From: Candidatus Woesearchaeota archaeon
Lineage (GTDB): Archaea > Nanobdellota > Nanobdellia > Pacearchaeales > GW2011-AR1
Assembly: GCA_964559675.1 (NCBI GenBank)
Contig: CAZLHJ010000002.1
Location: 658 to 64,657 of the forward strand
Reading direction: 5' to 3'
Length of the DNA stretch: 64,000 nucleotides
The notes beneath the pieces are model-generated. The model was given only the letters and a program-made list of their open reading frames with translations, did not search any database and was not told where the DNA came from. This document shows positions 9,021-17,137 of the stretch, piece by piece. Position 1 is the first letter of the stretch; the number at the start of each line of letters is the position of its first letter. The position numbers and the translations under genes were made by a program.

Positions 9021-11078
9021 TTAGAGAGGTTTCTCTATTTTTGAGATGCCCGATTCTTTTTTAACCCGAATAATATGGTCCACAAAAGATTCTATTTTAG
9101 ATTCATGACTTACTAAAATAATTTGCGATGCATTCAAATCTAGAAGGATATCTCTCATTTTATCTAATTGTAATTCTGAAAAACCTTCGGTAGGTTCATC
9201 TAAAATAATTAGATTGGTAGTTTTCAATTTACTAAAGATAGAGTTAATGGTTTGATTTAGAGATAGCCTATACGCGAGAGCTAGTGCGGTTCTCTCCCCT
9301 CCAGATAAATCTGAATAGTCCATTTCAACTTCTGAATGGGTGATAATTGGTGAGAAGTTCTCATCTAAATTCACACTAAAAGACCCTTCGGGAACTAAAA
9401 CTGTAAACCATTTTGAGAAGAAATTTGAGAACTCTTGTCTTAATTTTATTAAAACGTTTCTTTCTATAAAGTCAATAAGATTGAGATAATTATTTGATAA
9501 CCAATTGTTTAATTCCTGTAAATGGTGTAATTTGACCTTTGCAGCCTCTTTCTTTATTATTTTCTCACCGAGATCTGAAATTTGTTTTTTTCTTAATTCC
9601 AATTCTTTTTTAAATTCTGCTAATGAAATTGCGGTATTTCTTTCCAAATCTTGCTTTTGCCTTAACTCTTCCTTTTTGAGTCTAAATAGTGTTTCGTATT
9701 TTGAAAAATCTAATAATGTCTCTTTAAGTTTAGTTAAGTGATTTTCTAGCAAATCTATGTCTTTATTTTGATAATCTAACTTCCTTATCAAATCATTTAT
9801 TTTTTCTTGATTTCTCTCTGAAACAGCATTTCTTATTTTTACTTCTTCTAACTCTTTTTTTATAAGATCTAAATCTTCTTTCTCTGATTCGAATTTCCTT
9901 AGAGACAACATGAAGGTTTCTAAATCCTTTTCTAAACTAGAAATTTTAGAATTTATTTTAGAAATCTCTGATTCTACAGATGTAAAAATATTATGTTTAT
10001 GTCTTTCAGGCACATCTTGTAAACACGTTGGACAAAGGTCTATTTTGAATACTCTTTCTTTCCTAGATTCGAGAGTATTCTTTAGATTTGAAAGCGCCTG
10101 TATTTCTCCCTTGAAAGAGCTTATTTTGAGATTGAGTGCTGAAATTTCATTATATTTAGATTCTATATTTTTTAATATCGAGTCGTACTCTAATTGATTA
10201 AATTTCTTCTCTGAAGAATTAATTAATGACTCTAGATTTTTTCTTTCAAATAATAAATTTCTGAGAGTTTCTTTTTTTGCAGAAATTAATACTTTTGCCT
10301 TCTCAATTTCCCTAAATATCTCTTCCCTTTCCCTATTTTTATTTTCTAATTCTAAGATATCTTTTTCGATAGACTCTAAATTTCTCTTTTGTTCTTCTAA
10401 TTCTAGACTTTTTGAAGAGATTTTTTCATCTATATCGCTAAGGTAATCTGACATATTAAGAACTTCTTGTTTTATTGAATCTAAATCAGATATTTCAAAT
10501 TGTAGAATCTTAGATTTTTCTTTTATATCTATTTGCAAAATGGTTAAGTTCTCTCTAATAGTTTTATATTTATCAACTCCAAAAATATGCCTCAAAATAT
10601 TTAGACGAGTATCTGGATCTTCTGAAATGATTTGTTTCATACTTTCTTGAGGGGTGTAAATGGTATATTTATATAATACATTATTCTTTTTTACATATTC
10701 TTGAGGATATCCTAAAAGGTCAATTATTTTCGTTTTTATTTCTGTGGTTGAAGATTCTATTTTTTCACCATCTATTGTGATTGCGGAATATTCATTCGTT
10801 ATGCTTTTCTTATTTCTTTTTAATTTCCTTTCAATAATGATATCTTTTCCACCTATCTCAAAATTAAGTGTTACTTCCCCAGAAACCTGATTGTTCCTTA
10901 ACAAAGAAGACCCTCTCTGACCGGGTTGTAAACCGAAAAGAGCATATTCGATGGCTAGCAATAATGTACTTTTTCCTGAGCCGATATCTCCTGCTAATAA
11001 TAGAGATCCTTCTGGGAAAAAGATTTCCTGTTCCTCATAAGACCTAATGTCTTTAATTTTAAGCGATTTAATTCTCAT
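9021..11078 (-). CDS. rad50: Rad50 SMC-like ATPase
   Basis: Walker A GDIGSGKST, a long coiled coil with the zinc hook CPTC, the signature LSGGE and Walker B LIILDEPT. Confidence 0.9.
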   Translation of the reverse strand: MRIKSLKIKDIRSYEEQEIFFPEGSLLLAGDIGSGKSTLLLAIEYALFGLQPGQRGSSLLRNNQVSGEVTLNFEIGGKDIIIERKLKRNKKSITNEYSAITIDGEKIESSTTEIKTKIIDLLGYPQEYVKKNNVLYKYTIYTPQESMKQIISEDPDTRLNILRHIFGVDKYKTIRENLTILQIDIKEKSKILQFEISDLDSIKQEVLNMSDYLSDIDEKISSKSLELEEQKRNLESIEKDILELENKNREREEIFREIEKAKVLISAKKETLRNLLFERKNLESLINSSEKKFNQLEYDSILKNIESKYNEISALNLKISSFKGEIQALSNLKNTLESRKERVFKIDLCPTCLQDVPERHKHNIFTSVESEISKINSKISSLEKDLETFMLSLRKFESEKEDLDLIKKELEEVKIRNAVSERNQEKINDLIRKLDYQNKDIDLLENHLTKLKETLLDFSKYETLFRLKKEELRQKQDLERNTAISLAEFKKELELRKKQISDLGEKIIKKEAAKVKLHHLQELNNWLSNNYLNLIDFIERNVLIKLRQEFSNFFSKWFTVLVPEGSFSVNLDENFSPIITHSEVEMDYSDLSGGERTALALAYRLSLNQTINSIFSKLKTTNLIILDEPTEGFSELQLDKMRDILLDLNASQIILVSHESKIESFVDHIIRVKKESGISKIEKPL

Positions 11079-12223
11079 ATTTCTAAAATTTTATTTGCCT
11101 CTGAAAGTAATCTTTCGCTGAAAGTATCTGAAGTCTCATCTTCTTGTTTTTCAATATGTAATGCGCGAGTTATTTCTGAGATATACTGATTTAGTTTGTG
11201 AGGGTGACTTTCCTTAAACTTCTCTATAATTTGAGATTCTATTTTTTCTGAATTTGAAAAATTTAGTTTTAATTCTGGTTCAACCATATGCAATTTAGTT
11301 GTGCTTTTTAAGAATGAATATGCTCCCCTCTCTAGAGCGAATGAAGAAATTTTCTGAAAATCTATATCTGAGGTCTTACCATGTTGTAAATATCCAGTTA
11401 ACCTTAAGATTACAATTTTGTCTCTTAAATCCTTATTTTCTAATAACGAAATTATTGATTGTGTGGCTTTCACTGAACTAGTGATCTCTAGATTAATTGA
11501 AACTACGTCTTTTAATTTTATAGCCTTCCTATTTATTTTCCCATTATCGAAGATGTAAAATGATCCTTCTTGTAGCTCTTCCAATTCTGAAAGATTATTT
11601 GGAAAAGTTGGCCCTGAATAAACCCTCCCATTTTTATTATAAATTATATGTAAATGTCCTAGAGCTAAATAATCTACTTTTGGCAAGATAGTCTCGTCAA
11701 CTGATTTTATCATGGGATTTTGTGAGGCATCCCTTATTGCAGTGTGAAGCATTAAAATTTTAAATAATCCCGGAGAATCTTGGATTTTAATTCTCTCAAT
11801 TTCAGGTACTTCTAGACAAGATTTTTTTCCAGGATATCCGTAGATTGCGACATTTTTAAAAATGGTTGGTTGCAAAACGATTGAATCATTTCTTTCTTCA
11901 AATATAGATACATTTTTACAAAAACCTGCTTTTTCTAAAACATCTAGAAATGTTTTTCCAGACACAGAATAATCATGACTCCCTGCAATAATAAAGACTG
12001 GAATTTTTGAATCGTAGATTTTCTTAAATATACTGAATGATTCTTTTAAAATATCGAAACTAGGGTATGCCGAATCGTATAAATCTCCTGCTATTAAAAT
12101 AAAATCTACTTTCTCTTTTATTGAAATATCGACTGCTTGTTTAAAGGATTCTAGATTTAATTTCCTTAATTCCTCTTGTCTCCAACCCCCTAAGTGGCAG
12201 TCTGCTATATGTGCGAACTTCAT
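11075..12223 (-). CDS. mre11: Mre11 nuclease
   Basis: Phosphoesterase motifs HIADCHLG, GDLYD, GSHD and GHLH. It overlaps rad50 by 4 nt, indicating an operon. Confidence 0.9.
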   Translation of the reverse strand: MKFAHIADCHLGGWRQEELRKLNLESFKQAVDISIKEKVDFILIAGDLYDSAYPSFDILKESFSIFKKIYDSKIPVFIIAGSHDYSVSGKTFLDVLEKAGFCKNVSIFEERNDSIVLQPTIFKNVAIYGYPGKKSCLEVPEIERIKIQDSPGLFKILMLHTAIRDASQNPMIKSVDETILPKVDYLALGHLHIIYNKNGRVYSGPTFPNNLSELEELQEGSFYIFDNGKINRKAIKLKDVVSINLEITSSVKATQSIISLLENKDLRDKIVILRLTGYLQHGKTSDIDFQKISSFALERGAYSFLKSTTKLHMVEPELKLNFSNSEKIESQIIEKFKESHPHKLNQYISEITRALHIEKQEDETSDTFSERLLSEANKILEI

Positions 12224-12280
12224 AAGAAAAAATCTTTATGACGTTATATATAGATTGTTGTTAAATAAAGCTATATAGAT

Positions 12281-12721
12281 TTAACACTTAATTTTCTGTT
12301 TAATTATTGATTCGCACAAAGCTAATTTATTATCTTCAGTAAATTGTTCTGGTTGAATTTCTAATTCGTACTCTCCGTTTAATGAAGGGGTAGTCAAAAC
12401 AACTGATTGGAACTCTCCAGGCATAAAAGGAAAGAATTTCTCTTGATCTAAGATAGTTGAAATCTTTCTATTTGGCTCTTTAATTCTTATCAGTATTGCG
12501 TCAGATTTGAAAAGTCCTGAATTGAATAATGTTAGATTTAAACTATTTTCGGAACAAACATATTCTTGAAGAGAAAGAGTAACATCATTTGTACAAGAAA
12601 TTTTCTCATTTGGAACGTAAACTTTAAGATAACTATAAACTCCGATACTCATACCTATTGCAATTACAATTAAGAGTACATAAGAAATTAAATCGCTCAA
12701 TCCTTTTTTATTCTCAATCAT
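12281..12721 (-). CDS. Pilin/archaellin-like protein with class III signal peptide
   Basis: From the second Met: MIENKKGLSDLISYVLLIVIAIGMSIGVY. A basic-Gly motif is followed by a hydrophobic helix, as in the archaeal flagellin N-terminal-like domain. Confidence 0.55.
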   Translation of the reverse strand: MIENKKGLSDLISYVLLIVIAIGMSIGVYSYLKVYVPNEKISCTNDVTLSLQEYVCSENSLNLTLFNSGLFKSDAILIRIKEPNRKISTILDQEKFFPFMPGEFQSVVLTTPSLNGEYELEIQPEQFTEDNKLALCESIIKQKIKC

Positions 12722-13268
12722 TCTTGGCAACAAACCTCTCTGCATCCTTATCTTTTCTTACTATTATATAGAAACTTTCCCCTTTCTCTAAATCAAAAGT
12801 GTATTCTAAATCCCTTTCTTCACTTAATTTAATTTTAATCTTCCCAGATTCGGTTGAGCCATAATCAACTGCTGCAGTACCTAATTTTTGTTGATAAAAA
12901 TCTACTTTTGAGTTTTGACCTGATCCTGCAGAAATTCCGGTCGAACCAGAGTTTTCGACTTTATAATAAATTAAAGATTTCTTCTCAGTTTCATTTCCAT
13001 ATAAAACAAATATTTCATTATTTGGAGATGAATTAGAATAAATCTCAATTAATTTTTTTATATTGTCTTCTATAGTTGAAGAACTTGAACCGGAAAATAC
13101 TCCTTGGTCTACGACCTTCGAACTTTCAAAATTAATTTCTTTAGATAAATCGTAAACTTGGGTATCTTCGTTTGAAGTTCTTACATCATTATAAATTGCA
13201 CCTAATCCGACTAAGATTCCAACAATGATTAAAGCAGCAATTAAATAAAATTGTCCTCTTTTTTTCAT
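12714..13268 (-). CDS. Pilin-like protein with class III signal peptide
   Basis: N-terminus MKKRGQFYLIAALIIVGILVGLGAIY. Confidence 0.55.
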   Translation of the reverse strand: MKKRGQFYLIAALIIVGILVGLGAIYNDVRTSNEDTQVYDLSKEINFESSKVVDQGVFSGSSSSTIEDNIKKLIEIYSNSSPNNEIFVLYGNETEKKSLIYYKVENSGSTGISAGSGQNSKVDFYQQKLGTAAVDYGSTESGKIKIKLSEERDLEYTFDLEKGESFYIIVRKDKDAERFVAKND

Positions 13269-13307
13269 ATTTAAAAAAGTTAAAATGAGTTTTTATATTT
13301 ACTGGGT

Positions 13308-13563
13308 GTAGGCAGGGAGTTTGCTCAAACAAAACGTAAAAGCTGACCTTTTACCTTTCTCGGTCTTGCTACCCTACAAGCACCGCTTCTCCTGTTTAGG
13401 GCTGCTCCGATCAAGGCCTGACCCGTTTCGCAGAAGCGCGATCGAATAGGACAAAACGTCAACGTCCGATAAAAGACTTTTACACTTCGTCTCACGCGCT
13501 CCTTTGAAGTCCACTTAAAGCCCACGAGTGAATAGCGCAGGGCTAACGCGCCGACTTGCCTAC
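13308..13563 (-). ncRNA. Signal recognition particle RNA (7S/SRP RNA)
   Basis: A GC-rich block in an AT-rich genome. On the minus strand, the 5' GUAGGCA pairs with the 3' UGCCUAC. Two hairpin loops carry complementary AGCCC and GGGCU, matching Alu-domain loop-loop pairing, and a UGUAA element is present. GGGUCAGGCCUUGAUCGGAGCAGCCC matches the universal helix-8 motif (compare E. coli 4.5S GGUCAGGUCCGGAAGGAAGCAGCC). The track ORF 13325..13525 is an artefact of this RNA. Confidence 0.8.
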
Positions 13564-13585
13564 ATAAATACGAGAAATATGACGC

Positions 13586-13593
13586 TTAAAAAG
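13586..13593 (-). promoter_or_regulatory. TATA-like box for the SRP RNA gene
   Basis: CTTTTTAA on the minus strand, centred about 27 nt upstream of the inferred RNA 5' end. Confidence 0.35.
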
Positions 13594-13597
13594 TTAA

Positions 13598-13759
13598 CTA
13601 TTCTTCAGATTCCCTTGTAATTTGTTCTTTTATCTTTAATAAATCTGCAGAAACTTGTTTCCTAGGAACATCTTTCTCCTTTTTAGGAATAGAGATTAAG
13701 AATACTAAAATTATAAATAAAAATATTGCATTAGATGAGAGTAATAAGATCAATTCCAT
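13598..13759 (-). CDS. Possible 53-aa single-TM protein (not in the ORF track)
   Basis: ATG-initiated: MELILLLSSNAIFLFIILVFLISIPKKEKDVPRKQVSADLLKIKEQITRESEE. It has a hydrophobic N-terminus and a charged tail. No homology evidence. Confidence 0.3.
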   Translation of the reverse strand: MELILLLSSNAIFLFIILVFLISIPKKEKDVPRKQVSADLLKIKEQITRESEE

Positions 13760-13861
13760 GTAAATCTTTGAAAAATTTAGTATTTAAGGTTTATGTCAAG
13801 ATAGTCAAGATATTTGATGAAAACTATACTTTAAAGTATAGAGTTGTATCTTGAGCATCCA

Positions 13862-13917
13862 AAAGACAAGTGCCTTTTCAAACCCTGCCTTTTAATGGTG
13901 AGTGGCACATTGTCTTT
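13862..13917 (-). terminator. Hairpin plus U-tract immediately after the argS stop
   Basis: The arms AAAGACAAGTGCC and GGCACATTGTCTTT form a 13-bp stem with one bulge. The hairpin starts 5 nt after the argS stop and is followed by UUUU on the minus strand. Confidence 0.3.
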
Positions 13918-13921
13918 CTGA

Positions 13922-15589
13922 TTACATTTTTTCTAATGTTTTTATTCCTAAGAGAGTAAGAGAATTCTTGAGAGTTTGAGAGAATACATCTACTAAAGAA
14001 AGTTTAAATTGTTGAGCTTCAGAACCAATTATCTTTTCTGATTGATAAAATTCATTAAATTTTTGGGAAAGCCCGTATGAATAATTTGCAACTAAATTTG
14101 GAGAGAAGGACTCATGAGATTGCCTTATTACCTCGGAGAACTTGGATATTTCTAAGAGCAATTGTTTTTCTTTTTCTGAAATATTATTTGGGATCTTCAA
14201 GGAAAATTTATAATTTGCCTTTTTTAATACGCTTCTTGAACGTGCGTAAGTATATAGTAAATAAGGCCCAGTATTTCCTTCAAACTCTAAAAATTTTGAG
14301 ATATCGAAAATAGTATCATTAGTTCTGTGATTCCTAAGATCTCCATAGAAAATTGCGGCTCTTGCTATTAATAATGCTCTTTTTTCTAATTCGTTTTTAT
14401 CTAACTTTTCTCTTTTGATTAATTCTTTTTTTGCTAATTCGACAGTTTCATCTAATATGTCCTGCATGAAAATAGTTTTTCCTTTCCTTGTTGCAAATTT
14501 TTTACCATCGTTATCTAAGTAGAGCCCATGGTCTATATGAATGCAATTTTTAGCCCATTCATATCCGAGTAATTCTAAAACTCTAAAGACTTGTTTAAAA
14601 TGGAGTTTTTGTTCAGAACCTACTTCATATGCTAGATAATCTGCACCATATTCTTTCTTTCGGTGTATCGCTGCAGCTAAATCTCTTGTTGCATAAAGGG
14701 TTGTGCCGTCTGATTTTTTAATTAGAACTACTCCTAAATTTTCAGAAGTTAAATCTACAATATATGCTCCCTCACTTAAAGTTAGAAGTTTTTTCTTCTC
14801 TAATTCTTTAACGACTTTATCCATTTGATTATTATATTCAGATTCTCCTGATAACACATCAAATGAAATTCCTAGAGTTTGGTATATTTTATTAAATTCA
14901 GAGATGCTTTCTTCTCTGAATTTCTTCCATAGAGAGACTGCTTCTTTATTCCCAGATTCTAATTTGCTAAACCATTCCCTCCCTAATTCATCATATTTTT
15001 CATCTTTTGAAACTTTTACATATATTTCATATAGATGTTTAATAGGATTTTTTGCTAACTCTTTCTCGTTTCCGAATTCCTTGAAACCCGCAATTAATTT
15101 TCCGAATGGTGTCCCCCAATCCCCTAAATAGTTTATTTTCGTTACGTTGAAATTAAGTTTTTTTGCTATTTCTGAAACTGCATTTCCAATTATTGTTGAT
15201 CTAAGATGGCCTATACCGAAAGGTTTTGCTATATTTGGAGAAGACATATCTATTACGAAATTTTTACCTTTTCCTAAATTGTATTTTCCATAATCTTCTT
15301 TTTCTTTTGAAACCTTTCTTATAATTTCTTTTGCCAGATTTTGCCGGTTTATAAAAAAATTAATGTATGGGCCTTTAGACTCTATTTTTTCAAAATATTC
15401 CGAATTTAATTTTGAAGAAATTTCTTTGGCTATTTCTGCAGGATTTTTTTTAAATTTTTTTGAGAGTGTGAAACATGGGAATGCGTAATCTCCCATTTCA
15501 GAATTTGGAGGTACTTCTATTAAACTAGAAATTATTTCTTTTGATAAAGAGGTTTGTTTTTTTAGTAAGTCAATTATTTCCGATTTCAT
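13922..15589 (-). CDS. argS: Arginyl-tRNA synthetase
   Basis: 555 aa. Class I signature SSPNIAKPFGIGHLRSTIIGN. The C-terminal anticodon-binding region resembles ArgRS. Confidence 0.9.
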   Translation of the reverse strand: MKSEIIDLLKKQTSLSKEIISSLIEVPPNSEMGDYAFPCFTLSKKFKKNPAEIAKEISSKLNSEYFEKIESKGPYINFFINRQNLAKEIIRKVSKEKEDYGKYNLGKGKNFVIDMSSPNIAKPFGIGHLRSTIIGNAVSEIAKKLNFNVTKINYLGDWGTPFGKLIAGFKEFGNEKELAKNPIKHLYEIYVKVSKDEKYDELGREWFSKLESGNKEAVSLWKKFREESISEFNKIYQTLGISFDVLSGESEYNNQMDKVVKELEKKKLLTLSEGAYIVDLTSENLGVVLIKKSDGTTLYATRDLAAAIHRKKEYGADYLAYEVGSEQKLHFKQVFRVLELLGYEWAKNCIHIDHGLYLDNDGKKFATRKGKTIFMQDILDETVELAKKELIKREKLDKNELEKRALLIARAAIFYGDLRNHRTNDTIFDISKFLEFEGNTGPYLLYTYARSRSVLKKANYKFSLKIPNNISEKEKQLLLEISKFSEVIRQSHESFSPNLVANYSYGLSQKFNEFYQSEKIIGSEAQQFKLSLVDVFSQTLKNSLTLLGIKTLEKM

Positions 15590-15668
15590 ATAAGATATAG
15601 ATTTGAAGCGTTAATAAAATTATTTATCAGATGACCTTTAGTTAAATTGTATAAATAAGAATATAAAT

Positions 15669-15965
15669 TTAAATACCTTTAAGGTTCTTCCCACAATTTA
15701 TACAGAATTTATCGCTATCGTCAATTGGAGCTTCGCATCCGGGGCAGTTTGTTAATGGAACTATCATTTTTCCACCACACTCTCCGCAAAACTTTTGATC
15801 TATGGATCCTACTTTTCCACACCCATTACACTTAGGAGGGACTTTCTTCTTTTCTATAATTGTTTTATACCCTGGTTTTCCTCCAGAAACTAAAGCTGAA
15901 AATGCATCAATTACGGAACTGCTATTAGCATATTTCCTAAGATCTCTATTGCTACCACCTTCCAT
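15669..15965 (-). CDS. Double zinc-ribbon protein
   Basis: CNGCG...FCGECGG and CPGCE...FCINCG cysteine pairs. Confidence 0.6.
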   Translation of the reverse strand: MEGGSNRDLRKYANSSSVIDAFSALVSGGKPGYKTIIEKKKVPPKCNGCGKVGSIDQKFCGECGGKMIVPLTNCPGCEAPIDDSDKFCINCGKNLKGI

Positions 15966-16043
15966 GCATGGATTAAAAAACGGGAGTTTTTAACTTTTTT
16001 GATATCTGATTATGTTTATAAAGTTAGAAGAGTGTATAATTTT

Positions 16044-16457
16044 ATGAATATAAGGAGAGGAGTTTTAAGTGCGGGTCTGCTCTGGATATCTACATTAATA
16101 ATTGGGCTAATAATAATCTTTTTAGTTGATTTGTTTTATAATGAGGGAATTTCTAATTTTGTTTATAATCTTAGTTCGATAATTATTTTAGGAGTTGCAT
16201 TGATTTATTTTACTTGGTTTTACTTTAAGAAAGATAAGAATGTAAATGTAAAAAGGGCACTTTACTTAGGAGGGACTTTCTTTTTGATTGGTACTTGTCT
16301 GGATTTAATGTTTATAGGGATATTTGCGTTATTTGGTGGAGCAATACAAGAATTTGCATATTATTACACTAGTTGGATATTTTTAGTAAATTTGGTAATG
16401 ATATTCCTGATTCCGGTATTGTTTGTAGTATTTAGAAAAAAGAAAAGACTTAAATAA
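16044..16457 (+). CDS. Integral membrane protein, unknown function
   Basis: Four predicted hydrophobic helices. The ATG at 16044 is preferred over the TTG at 15999 used by the track. Confidence 0.45.
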   Translation: MNIRRGVLSAGLLWISTLIIGLIIIFLVDLFYNEGISNFVYNLSSIIILGVALIYFTWFYFKKDKNVNVKRALYLGGTFFLIGTCLDLMFIGIFALFGGAIQEFAYYYTSWIFLVNLVMIFLIPVLFVVFRKKKRLK

Positions 16458-16477
16458 GCTCCTTGAGAACTTTTTTT

Positions 16478-17056
16478 ATGAAAGCTGAAAAAGGAAAGTT
16501 TATAGTTCTCGATTATGAAGGTAGATTAGAAAGTGGAGAAATCTTTGACACCTCTAAACATGGCGATCATTCACATCCATTAACATTTCAATTAGGAGAA
16601 GGGCAGATTATTCCAGGATTCGAGAAGGCAGTTACTGGAATGGATGAAGGTGAAGAAAAAGAGTTTACAATAAAATCTGAAGAAGCTTATGGCGAATACG
16701 ATGAAAATAAAAAACAAGATATTCCAAAATCTTATTTCCCAGAAGACAAGGAAATTAAAGCTGGAAGTGAGATTTTTATTAGTGCCCCAGATGGAAGATC
16801 TCTTCCATTGAAAGTTGTCGATGTAAACGATGAAAATGTCACAATTGATTTGAATCATCCCTTGGCTGGAAAAGATTTAATATTTAAAATAAAAATTTTA
16901 GAAATTAAAGATTCTGCTGAGGATCTGGAACACCAACCACATCATCATGACCACGAGCATTCGGAAGAGAGTGAAGATTCTGAAGAGATAATGGATGAAG
17001 ATTTAGATGAAGGTGAAGAAGATTCAGACGAAGAAGAAGAAGCTAACAATAAGTAA
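16478..17056 (+). CDS. FKBP-type peptidyl-prolyl isomerase (SlyD-like) with His-rich and acidic tail
   Basis: FKBP core LTFQLGEGQIIPGFEKAVTGMDEGEEKEF...LNHPLAGKDLIFKIKILEI. The tail contains HQPHHHDHEH followed by a D/E-rich run. Confidence 0.8.
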   Translation: MKAEKGKFIVLDYEGRLESGEIFDTSKHGDHSHPLTFQLGEGQIIPGFEKAVTGMDEGEEKEFTIKSEEAYGEYDENKKQDIPKSYFPEDKEIKAGSEIFISAPDGRSLPLKVVDVNDENVTIDLNHPLAGKDLIFKIKILEIKDSAEDLEHQPHHHDHEHSEESEDSEEIMDEDLDEGEEDSDEEEEANNK

Positions 17057-17137
17057 ATAAGTGTAGTTAAAATAAAATTCTAAATTAATGTTTAAATTGG
17101 AACTTAAATCGATTAATGAATTTGAAATAAGTTATAA

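Noticed and set aside
13325-13525. 66-aa ORF in the track (MGFKWTSKERVRRS...)
   Set aside because: It lies entirely within the GC-rich structured region that I interpret as SRP RNA. Its Arg/Ala/Gly-rich composition is what a GC-rich RNA gene yields on translation.
13308-13563. RNase P RNA as an alternative identity for the GC-rich RNA
   Set aside because: A GAAGUCC-like string exists on the plus strand, but it is near the 3' end rather than the 5' P4 position. The minus strand shows the SRP helix-8 core and Alu-domain loop complementarity instead.
16900-17056. His-rich and acidic tail of the FKBP as something unusual
   Set aside because: Metal-binding His-rich tails are a known feature of SlyD-type FKBPs.
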